DNA of 64,000 nucleotides from the NCBI RefSeq assembly GCF_006345805.1, contig NC_043001.1:16306001-16370000 (forward strand), in the 5' to 3' direction. Below, one piece after another: positions 48,821 to 60,164 of the stretch. Position numbers and translations under genes: made by a program. Below the pieces are notes generated by a model that saw only the letters and a program-made list of their open reading frames with translations, did no database searches and had not been told where the DNA came from. This DNA comes from Octopus sinensis (Eukaryota). Position 1 is the first letter of the stretch. Each line of letters opens with the position of its first letter.

Positions 48821-50389
48821 TACGACAGGCTTCTTTCAGTTTCCGTCTACCAAATCCACTCACAAGGCTTTGGTCGGCCCGAGGCTATAGTAGAAGACAT
48901 TTGCTCAAGATGCCACGCAGTGGGACTGAACCCGGAACCATGTAGTTCATAAGCAAGCTACTTACCACACAGCCACTCCTGCGCCTATCTTTTGTACAAC
49001 ATTCTAGAGTGGCTTACAAGGGCTTTGGTTATTAACTTGACTCTTTACCCCATAGGTTCTCAAAGGGGGTTCTACTGCACATCCCACCCCTCAATGGGCG
49101 TTGAGATGGTCCAGGTGGGCGCTGGTGTCTAAAGGGGTGGTATGGAGGTGCGGTAGACAGCAAGGGGGCATTAGGAGGAACGCAGTGAGTTCATCATCAT
49201 CATCATCATTGTTTAACGTCCGCTTTCCATGCTAGCATGGGTTGGACCAGGCTCCAATCTTGATCTGGCAGAGTTTCTACAGCTGGATGCCCTTCCTAAC
49301 GCCAACCACTCCGAGAGTGTAGTGGCTGCTTTTTACGTGCCACTGGCATGGGGCTAGTCAGGCTGTGGACAATATGAATTTATAATAATATTATTATAGC
49401 ATTGCATACAAATTATATTAAATATCAAATGAGTCATAGTAATATAAATTTATAAAATATAAAATACTTATTTATACATAAAAATAGGGGTGGGGGCACT
49501 GAGGGTATTATGTGGCCATGAGTGGGGCAGTGGCCCAAAATCCGAACTTGAGGAAATAAATACAAAAAAAAACAACAAAAAAGACAACAGGATGTAACAA
49601 AAATAACGTTTGTTCCTTCTTGAGCCATGCCTGGCTCATAAAGGCCAGTTTCCTTGGCATATAGGTTCCCCACCTGGATGGGACGCTGGTCCATCACAGG
49701 TGAGCTGCAAGATGCAGGAGGAAAGAGTGAGAGAAAGTTGTGGCGAAAGAGTCAGCAGAAGTTCGCTATTACCTTCTGCTGGAGCCACGTGGAGCTTAGG
49801 TGTTTTTGCTCATAAACACACATCACCTAGTCTGAGATTCGAACCTATGATCCCTTGACCGTGAGTCTGCTGATCTTACTACTAGGCCATGTGCTTCCTC
49901 AGCAAAAATAATACAATATCAGAATTAATTTTAATATGATTGCAACTGTTTGTGGTCGTTGCCAGCCTGCCCTGGCACCTAAAAAGCACCATCCATACAT
50001 GGCCGATGCCAGCGCCGCTTGACTGGCTTCCGTGCCTGGTGACACGTAAAAATCACCAACCATTCATGGCCGTTGCCAGCCTACCCTGGCACCTGTGCCG
50101 GTGGCACGTAAAACGCACCATCGGTATGTGGCTGATGCCAGCGCCGCCTTGACTGGCTTCTGTGCTGGTGGCATGTAAAAAGCACCAACCAATCATGGCC
50201 ACTGCCAGCCTCCCCTGGCACCTGTGCCAGTGGCATGTAAAAAGTACCCACTACACTCACAGAGTGGTTGGCATTAGGAAGGGCATTCAGCTGTAGAAAC
50301 ACTGCCAGATCAGACTGGAGCCTGGTGCAGCCTCCTGGCTTCCCAGACCCCAGTCCAACCCATGCTAACATGGAAAACGGACATTAAAC

Positions 50390-50434
<45 letters not shown>

Positions 50435-51911
50435 ATAATAGCCAAAGCAGAAAACTGGTGGAATTGTTACCAAGCAGAACAAAATACTAAATGACTTTTT
50501 TTTACTGATTCTATGTTCATATGTTGCTAGGGTCAACTTTGCTTTCAATCCTTTTAGGATCAATAAAATAAGTATCGCTTGAGTGCTGGGGCTGATGTAA
50601 TCAACTTATCCTCTCCCCCCGAAATTGCTGGCCTTGTGCCAAAATTTGAAAACAGTATCGTCATGTAAATTTCCTTAGTAACAAATTGATAATTACTTTA
50701 TCAATACGGTATTCAATTAAGCTTGAAAGATGTGAAATATATTTTGATTTTTTTTTTATTATTCATGTTGTTTCTGTGTTACTGATTAATATTTGCTAAA
50801 TAGGAAATCTATAAAGCAGCTGTAACACCTGTATTAATCTGAAAGGTAATTACATCGCAAATTTACCTTATGACTTTTGTTTCAAACAGAACGAATGAAT
50901 CATATTATAGATTTGTTGGTACCAAAACTATTTTAGATGTAGTTTGCTATTTTATTCGTGTACAAATGTCTGTCTGACTTTCTAGCTCATCATCATCATC
51001 ATCGTCGTTTAACGTCCGCTTTCCATGCTAGCATGGGTTGGATGAATGACTGAGGGCTGGCTGGCGAACCAGATGGCTGCACCAAGCTTCAATCTTGATC
51101 TGGCAGAGTTTCTACAGCTGGATGCCCTTCCTAACACCAACCACTCCGTGAGTGTAGTGGGTGCTTTTTACGTGCCACCGGCATGGGAGCTGGTCAGGCA
51201 GTACTAGCAATGACCTCGCTCGAATCTTTTTACACATGCCACTGGCAACGATCATGCTCGGATGATGCTCTTGGCACCCTACTAGCACGGGCACAAGTGC
51301 CAGTAAGGCAATGCTGGTAACAATCACACTCAAATGGTGCCCTTCTATGTACCACTGGCACGGAAGCTGGTTAGCTGCTCTGTCAACGATCACACTCGTA
51401 TGGTGCTCTTCGCATCCTGCTAGCACTGATGCCAGTCATCGAATTTGATTTTGATTTCACTTGCCTCAACAGGTCTTCACAAGCAGAGTTTAGTGACCAA
51501 AGAAGGAAAAGGTACGCATAAGCGGGCTGGTTATGCTCCTGGCATAGGCCACGCAGTTATGGTCTCATTTGGCTTGCCGGGTCTTCTCAAGTACAGCATA
51601 TTTCCAAAAGTCTCGGTCGCTTGTCATTTCCTTGGTGAGGCCTAAAGCTCAAAGGTCGTGCTTCACCACTTCATCCCAGGTCTTCCTGGGTTTACTTCTT
51701 CCACAAGTTCCCTCAACTGCTAGGGTGTGGCACTTTTTCACACAGCTATCCTCATCCATTCTCGCCACATGACCATCTATCTATTAAGTATATTTAGTAA
51801 ATCTGCAAATATATCGGTCAATTCCTTATTTAGGAAAGCTGGGTTTTTTTTAGCTTAGCTATCCATCAAGTATTTTTATTGAATTTTTCTCCCGTCTCTC
51901 CCTCAGTTATC

Positions 51912-52265
51912 TACAGGGGTTGGACAAAATAATGGAAACACCTAGCATCATAGCATCATAATTTTGAAATATCTATAAAATTGTCAAAAGCTTGTTTATT
52001 TATTTATTTTTTTCATTTATTATTAGTGTTGCTTAATATGTTTTGCTAAAATTGATGTTTCTTTTTAGGTATCATAAGAAAAAGGTAATTAAAATTCATT
52101 AAAATGACAGATCTATCGGACTTTCAAAGAGGTCAAATTATTGGTGCTTGTGTGGCAGCTGCCAGCATAACGAAAACAGCTGAAATGTTTGGTGTATCAA
52201 GAAGTACTGTCTCGAAAGTAATGACAGCATTTGAGAAAGAGGGTAAGACCTCCTCGTCGAAACAA
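51912..52265 (+). mobile_element. Tc1-like element 5' fragment
   Basis: TA|CAGGGGTTGGACAAAAT terminus and paired-like HTH start MTDLSDFQRGQIIGA...TAEMFGVSRSTVSKV; truncated. Confidence 0.75.
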
Positions 52266-52314
52266 AACTCCATGTATGTATGTAAATGTGTTTATGTGTC
52301 TACACACACACTTA

Positions 52315-53262
52315 TTTCTTATTTCTTTACTGCCCACAAGGGGCTACACAGAGGGGACAAACAAGGACAGTCAAACGTATTAAGTCGATTACATCGACCC
52401 AAGTGCATAACCGGTACTTATTTAAACAACCCCGAAAGGATGAAAGGCAAAGTCGACCTCGGCAGAATTTGAACTCAGAACGTATCGACAGACGAAATAC
52501 CTATTTCTTTACTACCCACAAGGGGCTAAACGTAGAGGGGACAAACAAACGGATTAAGTCGATTATATCGACTCCAGTGCGTAACTGGTATTTAATTTAT
52601 CGACCCCGAAAGGATGAAAGGCAAAGTCGACCTCGGTGGAATTTGAACTCAGAACGTAGCGGCAGACGAAATACCTATTTCTTTACTACCCACAAGGGAC
52701 TAAACACAGAGAGGACAAACAAGGACAGACACACGGATTAAGTCAATTATATCGACTCCAATGCGTAACTGGTACTTAATTTATCGACCCCGAAAGGATG
52801 AAAGGCAAAGTCGACCTCGGCAGAATTTGAACTCAGAACGTATCGACAGACGAAATACCTATTTCTTTACTACCCACAAGGGGCTAAACGTAGAGGGGAC
52901 AAACAAACGGATTAAGTCGATTATATCGACTCCAGTGCGTAACTGGTATTTATTTATCGACCCCGAAAGGATGAAAGGCAAAGTCGACCTCGGTGGATTT
53001 GAACTCAGAACGTAGCGGCAGACGAAATACCTATTTCTTTACTACCCACAAGGGACTAAACACAGAGAGGACAAACAAGGACAGACACACGGATTAAGTC
53101 AATTATATCGACTCCAATGCGTAACTGGTACTTAATTTATCGACCCCGAAAGGATGAAAGGCAAAGTCGACCTCGGTGGAATCTGAACTCAGAACGTAGC
53201 GGCAGACGAAATACCGCTAAGCATTTCGCCCGGCGTGCTAATGCTTCTGCCAGCTTGCCGCC
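52315..53262 (-). repeat. SINE B with tandem headless units (~358-bp dimer period)
   Basis: Diagnostic CGTATCGACAGA at 52481 and 52839; intact head at the right end. Confidence 0.9.
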
Positions 53263-53646
53263 TTAGTTTTCTACCTGGCCAGCTCCTGTCAAACCGTCCA
53301 ACTCATGCCAGTACGGAAGACAGATGTTAAACGGCGATGATGATGATGATGAGGAGGATATAATAAATACCATTAGTTTAAAATTCGTTAAACCCTCCAG
53401 TAAACAACATAAGGCCAACAGCCACCTGTTGTGCATATTCCACTGGGCACTTATATTTGCAGAACAACGGGTGGTGTAATATGTCATCGCCGTCATCATT
53501 CAACATCAATCATCCTAGTTCGATTTTTATCAAGTCTAATTAACGGATAAACAAAACCGAAAGTAAACAATAGCTTCTAAGCGGCCTTAATTACCGCGTG
53601 GTAGTCGCTCATGTAGTTGAATACTACACAAAGCGTGCTGCGTTTT

Positions 53647-53659
53647 GTTGCTAGGTAAC
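53647..53659 (+). promoter_or_regulatory. RFX X-box upstream of RSPH1
   Basis: GTTGCTAGGTAAC fits the palindromic X-box pattern GTTGCY-N-RGYAAC, 78 bp upstream of the ATG of a motile-cilia gene. Confidence 0.8.
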
Positions 53660-53737
53660 AGTAACAGCTATAGTGCTTGTAATTTCTGTAAACATTCATA
53701 GTTTTTTGATCGATATTGTGTTTATTGTGCAAGAAAA

Positions 53738-53791
53738 ATGTCTCTTCCAGCGTCGGACGAAGGCGAGGAAGAACAAGGTACCTATCTGGGA
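53738..53791 (+). CDS. RSPH1: RSPH1 exon 1
   Basis: 18 codons, acidic N-terminus, donor GGA|GTAGGT, phase 0. Confidence 0.88.
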
Positions 53792-53975
53792 GTAGGTAGA
53801 TTACATATCTTTCGAAGTCATTGTTTATTATACTGTTTTATTGTGAAACTGTCAAATTTCTATGTTCAAATTCGGTCGGAGAGGCTCCGCCATTTCTCCT
53901 CACTTGGAATCGATAAATTAATTACCAGTAATAAGCTAATATATTCAGTTATATATAATTGAATATACTAGTGTA

Positions 53976-54006
<31 letters not shown>

Positions 54007-54101
54007 CATACATACATACATACATACATACATACATACATACATACATACATACATACATACATACATACATACATACATACATACATACATACATACA
54101 T

Positions 54102-54134
<33 letters not shown>

Positions 54135-55247
54135 TACATACACACATATATACATACACGCACATACATACATACATATACACACACCACACACACATAC
54201 ATACATACATACATACATATACACACACACATACATACATACATATACACACACACATACATACACACACACATATTTATGTATATAATATGGTATTATG
54301 TAATCCTTTCACCTGCGCGATTTTCACTAAGAAAAAAAAAATCGGATTTTTTGCATGGAATCGAGTGCCCTGACCTCCTAATATGCTGCAAACCCCTTAT
54401 TTTTGTTCGGAAGAAAAAAAGGAGGTGGGTGGGAAACCGGACCCCTCCCAACCCGGAATCATTGGAAATTTTTTTTACCTATATTACTCTAGTGGATGTG
54501 TAAGCAGTATTTCGTCTGCTGTTACGTTCTGAGTTCAAATTCCGCCGAGGTCGACTTTGCCTTTCATCCTTTCGGGGTCGATTAAATAAGTACCAGTTAC
54601 GCACTGGGGTCGATGTAATCGACTTAATCCCTCTGCCTGTCCTTGTTTGTCCTCTCTATGCTTAGCCCCCTGTAGGCAATAAAGAAATATATATGTAGTT
54701 AAATCTATGTCCAGTCAGAAAGTGACCAATGGTTTCTCATTCACAAAGGGCCTTGGCCCCGGGCATGTCTTGTTAGATTCTGAAGACGAAGACAAATGGG
54801 CACTGCTTAAATTCAGAGGTCCTGATGCATCTACGTAACTGTAGTTTTTAAGCTAGTATATGAATATTGCTGTGTGTGTGTATGTATGTATATATATATA
54901 TATATACTAAGTAATTAAGGGTTTAGCAACGATTTGCCTCACCACACACCGAATTTAGAAATAGCAGTCAAAAAGTTTTGGGTATTTTTTCTACTTAAAA
55001 GGGAGATCCCAGTAAAACCAATGCACTTTGGTTTTACTGGGATCTCCCTTTTAAGTAGAAAAAATAGCCAAAACTTTTTGACTGCTATTTCTAAATTCGG
55101 TGTGTGGTGAGGCAAATCGTTGCTAAACCCTTAATTACTTAGTATTTCTTAAACCTTCCTTGAATGGGTCTTTTACATGCCGAACTCTACTTGGTGAAAT
55201 TAATGATTATTTCTAAATTAATTAATTTCACCCTTTATTATTATTGA

Positions 55248-55286
<39 letters not shown>

Positions 55287-56157
55287 AAAGGTTTGAAAAT
55301 GCAATTTAAACAATGTTTATTTACTTAACCGGTTTCACTCTTTGGTAAAAGATTGTCAAAAGTAACATTGAATATTATGGGTTCAAAAAAAGTTTTTTAC
55401 AGAATTGTCACATTGAATATTATGAATTCAAAAATGTTTTTTTATACATAATTGTCACATTACATGTATAAATATAGTATAAAAAAGTTCAATAGTGTGA
55501 TGAGAATATTTGGAAAAATTGGCAGAAAAGAATAAAACAAATATATTATTGGAAATTTGGTTGCGTTAATTATTGGTTGTCGCAAATTGTCACATTACAT
55601 GTATATATATACAGTCTTTGGTAGAAAGGACATGTTAAAGACATAAGGAAGTGGAATAGTTTGGTGAGAAAGCTTGTAATATTGACAGAGAAAATTAAAA
55701 TGGATATTTTAGACATCTCAGAATATTTTGAATCGAAGGCGAGAATTTGTTTTTTACTGACCTGTTTGTTTTAGCAGAAAAGTTGAATTGAGAGAAAAAA
55801 AGATATGTACCCAATTTGGTTTATACTTCCCCTTCAAGCATCACTGATGCTTGAAGGGGAAGTATAAACCAAATTGGGTACATATCTTTTTTTCTCTCAA
55901 TTCAACTTTTCTGCTAAAACAAACAGGTCAGTAAAAAACAAATTCTCGCCTTCGATTCAAAATATTCTGAGATGTCTAAAATATCCATTTTAATTTTCTG
56001 TCAATATTACATCTGTCTGCACATCAGAAGCCACAGCATGCGTAAGCTGCCATGCAGAGGCTGCTGGCAGTAGACTGTCTGCTTCACAGTTCGAATGTGT
56101 CCTTTTCACAAGATAATAAATAGGAGACACATCAACCTATAACCAGATGGTCAGGTA

Positions 56158-56198
<41 letters not shown>

Positions 56199-57500
56199 TA
56201 ATAATAATAATATCAAAGCCTCTCACCAGAAATTATGAAAAGCATACAATGAAAAGAAATACAAGTAACTGCAGAATGTGGAGATGGAGAAGAAACAATA
56301 AATCATAATGTCTTTGGCTTTCTAGTCCTGACTAAGAAGGAATATATTCACACACATGTCAGAGTTGAGACCCATATACACTGGAAGCTATTCCAACACT
56401 ATGGAATAACAACAGAAAAAAGATTGTATAGGCACATGCCAGAAAAAGGTAACAGAAAATGTGAAAGCAACCATAGTCTAGGATGTGCCAATACACACAG
56501 ATAGAAATTAAGGCCAATAGGCTAGATATAGTTGTCAGAGATCACCAAGAATAAAAATGCTTTCTAATCGATGTATCAATACCATCAGTTAATAATGTTT
56601 CATTAAAAGAAACAGAGAAACTTTCAAAATACAAAGATCTGGAAATAGAGGTAATTCGAATGTGGAGTCTAAAAACAGAAACAATTCCTATCGTAGTAGG
56701 TGCATTAGGTATGATAAAAAAAATATTCAGACAAATGCATAACAAAAAACACCAGGACTAACAAGTATATATAACATACAGAAAATAGCAAAATAGCACT
56801 ACTAGGCATGGCACACTTTCAATACAGTAAAAATAAGAGCACAACCTCAGCACATACTCTAGGCACACAGAGCTCTGCTTGGTAGTGCAGTGAAAGCACG
56901 CTATAAGAATAAGACTAATGACTAATAATAGTTGTCCTGATGCAGTACCAGGCACTGTCTCTCATGGCTTCTGATCTTAACTGATTGGAAGTGTTATCAT
57001 GTACATGTTTTGTCTTGGTATAAAAGATGGGCTACAGCAAATATTCTGCTCAATACCACAGATTTGTTTGTCCATAACCAATGGAGTGTGTCCCTTGTTG
57101 ACCCCTGTAGCATTTGAGCGTAATGATGGATGAGACACTGCAAGTCATTTTGCCAGGTGTGCAAACCATTGTGTCAGCTCATGGCCTTAATAACAATAAT
57201 AAAAATCCTTTCTACTAAAGGTATAAGACCTGAAATTTGGGGGAGGTGGGTAGTCAATTATATCGACCCCAGAACTCAGTATTCATTTTCTGTTACCTTT
57301 TCAGGCGTGTGCCTATACAATCTTCTTTCTGTTGTTATTCCATAGTGTTGGTATAGTTTCCAGTGTATATGGGTCTCAACTCTGATGTGTCTGTAAATAT
57401 ATTCCTTCTTAGTACTTATTTTATTGACCCCGAAAGGACGAAAGGCAAAGTCAACCCTGGCGGAATTTGAACACAACATAAAGATGGATGAAATGCTGCC

Positions 57501-57540
<40 letters not shown>

Positions 57541-60122
57541 TGATGATGATATTATTCATAATCCTTTCTTCTAAAGGTACAAGACCTGAAATTTGTTGGG
57601 AGGGGACTAGTTGATTACATTGACCTCAGTACTTGACTGGTGCTTAATTTATAGACCCTGAAAGGATGAAAGGTAAAGTCAACCTTGGTGGAATTTGAAC
57701 TCAGAATGTAAAGACAGACAAAATGCCACTAAGCATTTCACCTGGTATACTAACGATTTTGCCAGCTCGCTACCTTAATAATGATAGAATAAATTAACTT
57801 TCGGTACTTTTGCAAACTGTGTAGCAGCTTAGGAGTCTAGTTTACCATCAGTCAATTTGCTTTGTCTAGTGCAAGGCTGGCCAACCTGCAGCCCACAACC
57901 TGCGGCCCACAACCTGTAGACTTTTATCTTACGGCCCGCTTGATACTTACTTGAAGTATTGTGTTTAATTTCAAAATAAAATTGTTTGTGCAAGACATTT
58001 GTTTCAAATTTCGTTTTTGGATTTGGTTTGCAAGATTCTTTATATGAGTTCGTGTGTTGAAGCATATTCTGTTGTGTCTGGGGAGAGTCATTTTCTTTTT
58101 GTGCCTTATAATTGAAAAGGTTGCAAGATGCAACTAAAATTTTAGGAAAATAAAAATAAGGAATAAGTGGAAATTTTTCCAGTGAGTGTGTTATATTATA
58201 AGGCACAAAAAGAAAATGACTCTCCCCAGACACAACAGAATTTCAAAATAAATTAAAAATTTATAAGTGGCAATAAAACAACAGCCTATAATTTTATAAT
58301 TTTAAACAAATGAAAAGTATAAAAAATTCTTTATTCTGTAATTTGATTATTTGACTATTAAAAATTTTCTGTGATTTAAGTGGCCCACAATGTAATTTGA
58401 GTTGGCCAGGCAAGTAATAGTTGCATAGATGTCATCTGAAATACTTTCTAAAGGAATTGTTTTGTAACACAGGAGTACGAAGGCGAAAGAAATGAGAGAG
58501 AAGAGAGACATGGAATGGGTAAAGCTATTCTACCGAACCTAGATAGCTACACAGGGATGTATGAAGATGGAAGGCGCCATGGCACAGGAGTTTACAGGTG
58601 AGACTTCTTCACAGTTATTTTTCCCTCTGGAAAAGTATTTCATTCTTCTGAATCGCAATGTATTTATATTTTAGGAATATATTTATATGCAACCCTCTCT
58701 CTTCCTCTTTCCTTCTCTCTGTCTTCCTATGCATGGGTTGTTGCCAGTTCCACCTGACTGGCTCCCTGTGTCGGTGGCATGTAAAAAGCACCATTCATAT
58801 GTGGTTGATGCCAGCCCTCTCACCCCACCTATCTCCTGTGCTGGTGGCACGTAAAAAGCACCATCTGAATGTGGCTTATGGCTGCACTGCCTGACTGGCT
58901 CCCATGCTGGTGGCACATAAAAAGCACCATTCATACGTGGTCGATGCCAGCCCTCTCACCCCAACTAGCTCCTGTGCTGCACCATCCGAACGTGGCTTTT
59001 AGCTGCACTGCCTGACTGGCTCCCATGCTGGTGGCACATAAAAAGCACCATTCATACGTGGTCAATGCCAGCTCCCTCGCCTCAACTGGCTCCTTTGCCA
59101 GTGACACACAAAAAGCACCCACGACACTCTCGGAGTGGTTGGCATTAGGAAGGGCATCCAGCTGTAGAAACATTGCCAGATCATATTGGAGCCTGGTGCG
59201 GTCTCCTGGCTTGCCAGGCCCCAGTCAAACTGTCCAACGTATGCCAGCATGGCAAAAAAGACGATAAACGATGATGATGATGATGATGACATATCCTTCC
59301 TCACCACTATATATCTCATGGTAAAGGCACATGGCTTAGTGGTTCAGGTATTTAATTCACACTCATGATATATATATTTCGTCTTTTTTTCCCTCACTTA
59401 ACTTGTCTCTTCCTCTCTCTCTCATTCTTCATTCTCTCTCTCCCTTTCACCATTCTTCATGGTCTCCTCGCACCATTCCCCTTCTTCTCTCTCTTCCTCT
59501 TGCTCCTCCTCCCCCATTCCCGTCATCCATCTGCGACGATACTTCCGTCGTAACTGCTATCCTGTCCTTTCTCGCCCGCCTTGCAAGGCTTCTGGTTGAC
59601 AAATTTTCCCTCTCTGTCTTCCACGATAATCCAGCGTTTACAATACTTTTTTCGTCTGGCGTTAACAGCCCTTCTTATCTTGTTCTCCTTGTCTTGTCTC
59701 TCACTGTTATATATTTATTTTTCCACTGTTTATATATATATTTTTTACTGTTTATATGTTTGTACTGTCGTTACCGTCTTGCTTTTTTTTTTACCCCTCA
59801 GCGAAAAGATCTCAGAATTTTAATTGATTTGCTTTTCGCGGGAAGGAATTTTTCTTCGAAGTATACGTCTCGCTTTTATCCTTCGAAACGTTTAGTAGAT
59901 GAAATCTTAGCGACTGAAGAAGGGGATTTTTCGTTGTGCTTATTGTCCTGTATCTCTCCCTTTTTTTTGCTTGTCTTGTTCCTTGGTTTGTGTCTATGTG
60001 TTTCGTCTCTCTATGTGTTCGACGTCTTTTTGGTGTCCTGTACTCACATATGCGTGTATATGTACATGTAGAGGTAGGTACGTACATATATGTTTATATA
60101 TATGCATATATTCTATTTTATT

Positions 60123-60164
<42 letters not shown>

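Noticed and set aside
53945-54288. Overlapping ORFs rich in C/V/Y/M or H/T/Y/I
   Set aside because: Translations of (TACA)n/(CA)n microsatellite; the same applies to similar ORFs at 10286-10735 and 40485-40828.
59878-59927. GAAACGTT...CTGAAGAAGG permuted hammerhead-like arrangement
   Set aside because: Helix I is poor and the best pairing consumes G8/A9. It may be a Penelope-type terminus but is not supportable as a ribozyme.
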